A stretch of 57,181 bases of DNA from NCBI GenBank assembly GCA_035368605.1, contig DAOSLF010000012.1:1-57181 (forward strand), read 5' to 3'. Every line of letters starts with the position of its first letter. Position 1 is the first letter of the stretch. The translations under genes and the position numbers were made by a program. Shown piece after piece: positions 55,173-57,181 of this stretch. This DNA is from Candidatus Omnitrophota bacterium. Its GTDB lineage: Bacteria; Omnitrophota; Omnitrophia; Omnitrophales; Aquincolibacteriaceae. The notes under the pieces were generated by a model. That model was given only the letters and a program-made list of their open reading frames with translations, was not told the origin of the DNA and did no database searches.

Positions 55173-57181
55173 TTGAAAACCGCCATTCGCCTGCCTTCCG
55201 TCCTTCTCTCCCTCGCCCTCATTTTCTTGAGCCCTGTTTCCGGATTTGCTAACAGGTGGACGGGTGCGGCCGGAACTGACAAATGGAGTCATGGAAGCAA
55301 CTGGCTCGAGGGGATGCCCAGTAATGATGCCACTTTCGATGCTGCCGCAGGTGGCGGCGGAGCTGTAATTGACATTGACATTGATGGGGGTGTTGCATCT
55401 CTTAATACGCTCTGGTTCTCAACAGCGGATGCTGATGCTTATACCATTGGTCAAGCGGGGGATACGGTCGCGCTTGCCGAAAGATGGGGAAATATTTGGG
55501 TGTATGATAGCGTTGTTCGATCCCAAACGATAGCTGCTAATATCCTCCTTGGCACAGGAGCTAATGAAGCATCGTATAACATCATTAGCGATAGTGCAGG
55601 GGCACAACTAACGATCTCGGGAAATATCACAGGGGGTTCCAGTGGTGGGAGTTCCGCACAGACCGTGAAATTCGGTGGAGCCGGAAACACGGTGGTCAGT
55701 GGCGTAATCGCAGCCGGAGGGGGTGTCTTAACATTAAATAAAACGGGAACCGGGACATTGACGCTTTCGGGGGCGAATACATATACCGGCGGGACAACGA
55801 TCTACGCCGGAACCCTTCGGGCGACAACGAACGCAGAGGCTCTTGGGGCGGGTTCGATTTCAATGGAAGGCGGAACCTTGAGTCTCGCCAATGACACGGG
55901 ACTTGATTTCGGTCGGGACGTGACCCTTACGGGAAATGCGACGATCAATTCGGATAGACTCGCAGGTGGCGCGGGAGTGGAGCATACGCTCGGAAGCTTG
56001 AGCATGGGTGTTCAAACGCTTACTCTCGGGATCGGAGCACTTGCAAATGCCGGAACACAGAAGCTGACCTTCGGTACGGTAGAGCTCTCAGGAAACGCCA
56101 CGATTGATGCCCGCGACGGAGCCGGGGCCTCGGGCGCTTTGCTGACCCTTGCGTCCGTCACCGGTGCCGGTCAGAACTTTACCATTGCCGATACCAGCAC
56201 GGCGGATGTTGCTATTAGTGGTTTGACTACTACCGCGGGCGGGAACAATCAGAATGGTGGAAATGTTTCGATCAAGACTACGGGAGATATCTCGACCGGC
56301 GCGATCACGACTTCGGGTGGCGCGGATACCTCGAATGATGGTGGGCACAATGCCGGATCGGTTATGCTTAACAGCACATCAGGTTCTGTAACAACCGGTA
56401 ATATTGTTGCGAATGGTAGCTCTTCAACAGGAGCCGCGTACAGCGGTTCGGGAGCTAATGTCGCTATAACTGCTGAAACGACCATGACTACTGGTTCAAT
56501 TACAACACGCGGAGGAAGTGATTCGGGGGATGGTGGAGGTGGATCCGGGGGTAACGTTACGATCACTGGTGGCGCCGGGAATACGATCGGAGCGATTGAT
56601 ACGAGGGCAGGAGATGGAAATTGGTATCTGCCGGGGGATAGTGGCAGTGTTACGATCAATGTCACATCGGCGACTATGGAGACAATTACCACAACTGGGG
56701 GCGGGTGCGTTATGAATTGTGGTGGCAGTAAGGGGGGTGACGTGACCTTTAATGGCGGGGTTGTAGATGTGGCCAGCATTACCACCAAAGGTGGTATGGG
56801 CACTGCTTCTGATAGTGGAGGAGCCGGCGGCATTGTTACTGTAAATGCCGGCACTGTTACCGTGTCTGGTAATATCGATACAAGCGGCGGTGCAAGTGCT
56901 TCTGGATCTGACGGTGCCGCCGGCAAGATCGATGTGAACGCCGGTTCTCTCGTGCTGACGAACGGAGCGACGACCAATAGCATTTTGAGCCCATCCACGA
57001 TTGCGATTGCCGGCAACGCCGAACTGGACACCCGTGGCCTCCAAAATGGTGGTATTACGCTTTCGAATGGACAAACGCTCACGGGGTCGGGAACCGTGAC
57101 CGGCGGTCTGACGGTCGGAAGCGGGAGTACGCTTTCCCCGGGGGACAGCCCGGGAACGATCACCACGGACGGGAACGCCAC
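55173..57181 (+). CDS. very large secreted autotransporter-associated beta-strand-repeat protein (5' partial, runs off the window)
   Basis: AGGAGG lies 6 nt before TTG at 55173. Signal peptide 'LKTAIRLPSVLLSLALIFLSPVSGFA'. 'LTLNKTGTGTLTLSGANTYTGGTTIYAGTLRA' matches the TIGR02601-type repeat, followed by Gly/Thr/Ser-rich beta-helix-like repeats. The frame is open for 669 codons. It is missing from the ORF track because no stop lies in the window. Confidence 0.85.
   Translation, partial: MKTAIRLPSVLLSLALIFLSPVSGFANRWTGAAGTDKWSHGSNWLEGMPSNDATFDAAAGGGGAVIDIDIDGGVASLNTLWFSTADADAYTIGQAGDTVALAERWGNIWVYDSVVRSQTIAANILLGTGANEASYNIISDSAGAQLTISGNITGGSSGGSSAQTVKFGGAGNTVVSGVIAAGGGVLTLNKTGTGTLTLSGANTYTGGTTIYAGTLRATTNAEALGAGSISMEGGTLSLANDTGLDFGRDVTLTGNATINSDRLAGGAGVEHTLGSLSMGVQTLTLGIGALANAGTQKLTFGTVELSGNATIDARDGAGASGALLTLASVTGAGQNFTIADTSTADVAISGLTTTAGGNNQNGGNVSIKTTGDISTGAITTSGGADTSNDGGHNAGSVMLNSTSGSVTTGNIVANGSSSTGAAYSGSGANVAITAETTMTTGSITTRGGSDSGDGGGGSGGNVTITGGAGNTIGAIDTRAGDGNWYLPGDSGSVTINVTSATMETITTTGGGCVMNCGGSKGGDVTFNGGVVDVASITTKGGMGTASDSGGAGGIVTVNAGTVTVSGNIDTSGGASASGSDGAAGKIDVNAGSLVLTNGATTNSILSPSTIAIAGNAELDTRGLQNGGITLSNGQTLTGSGTVTGGLTVGSGSTLSPGDSPGTITTDGNA

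Noticed and set aside
56249-57181. 310-aa Pro-rich minus-strand ORF listed in the track.
   Set aside because: It is the mirror image (NCC codons) of the Gly-rich plus-strand repeat gene. The plus-strand gene has an RBS, a signal peptide and recognisable repeats.
1-57181. Genome-wide reassignment of TAG, prompted by the two in-frame TAGs.
   Set aside because: TAG is the natural stop of pyrE, the trmJ-like gene, gltA, rbfA and the 5142-5498 gene, all at the expected protein ends. The only tRNA-Ser here has anticodon CGA, not CUA. Local mutation or readthrough is more likely.
1-57181. CRISPR arrays, rRNA genes, intact IS elements or integrases.
   Set aside because: I saw no regularly spaced direct repeats, no rRNA-like conserved segments and no transposase or integrase motifs in any frame.

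Overview
This is a high-GC bacterial chromosomal segment, about 58-60% GC by eye (not computed), and it is densely coding and mostly housekeeping.

**Gene content, left to right**
- 0-7 kb: cysE, an RNase HI-family gene, pepA, rsmB, trmJ-like, pyrE.
- 7.5-11 kb: an AT-rich spacer with an excisionase-type HTH gene, then mutY and suhB.
- 11-16 kb: a TCA block, icd-acnA-gltA.
- 16-18 kb: a GspS-like ATP-grasp gene and a DUF2203 gene.
- 18-21 kb: a minus-strand operon of inositol-1-phosphate synthase, a CDP-alcohol phosphatidyltransferase and a secreted protein.
- 21-30 kb: csaA-like, DUF1015, a pabBC remnant, purH-folC-mnmE and a CHASE2-GGDEF cyclase.
- 30.2-33 kb: tRNA-Ser(CGA) followed by a roughly 2.3 kb low-GC islet. 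The islet carries an EcoRI-methylase-like N6-adenine methyltransferase and a disrupted DUF262-HNH nuclease gene.
- 33-36 kb: dnaX, recR, an SDR gene and tRNA-Gly(UCC).
- 36.6-45 kb: the conserved nusA-infB-rbfA-truB-ribF-rpsO-pnp block, without rimP.
- 45-49 kb: dut, ftsK, trm112-like, queH.
- 49-55 kb: a minus-strand membrane and redox cluster (crcB, flavoredoxin, DMT, dedA, tspO), an RluA-family synthase and two putative metal transporters.
- 55-57 kb: the 5' part of a very large autotransporter-type beta-strand-repeat protein, which is absent from the supplied ORF track.

I saw no rRNA genes, CRISPR arrays or intact transposases.

**Most noteworthy**
- The tRNA-Ser islet pairs an intact methyltransferase with a nuclease gene carrying three lesions.
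- Two in-frame TAG codons sit inside conserved motifs, one in the nuclease and one in an exosortase-associated-like paralog.
- dnaX has an A9 slippery run with stops in both alternative frames.
- The nusA leader has a promoter-proximal terminator.
- A tRNA-Gly 3' duplication encloses a hairpin module.
- A REP-like palindrome occurs at two loci.
- There is an unannotated 29-aa Lys-rich ORF.
- crcB has no canonical start codon.

**Limits**
All family assignments come from motif recognition by eye and memory; no searches were run. Start codons are best guesses. The PVC-group or candidate-phylum origin suggested by the gene content is only an inference.
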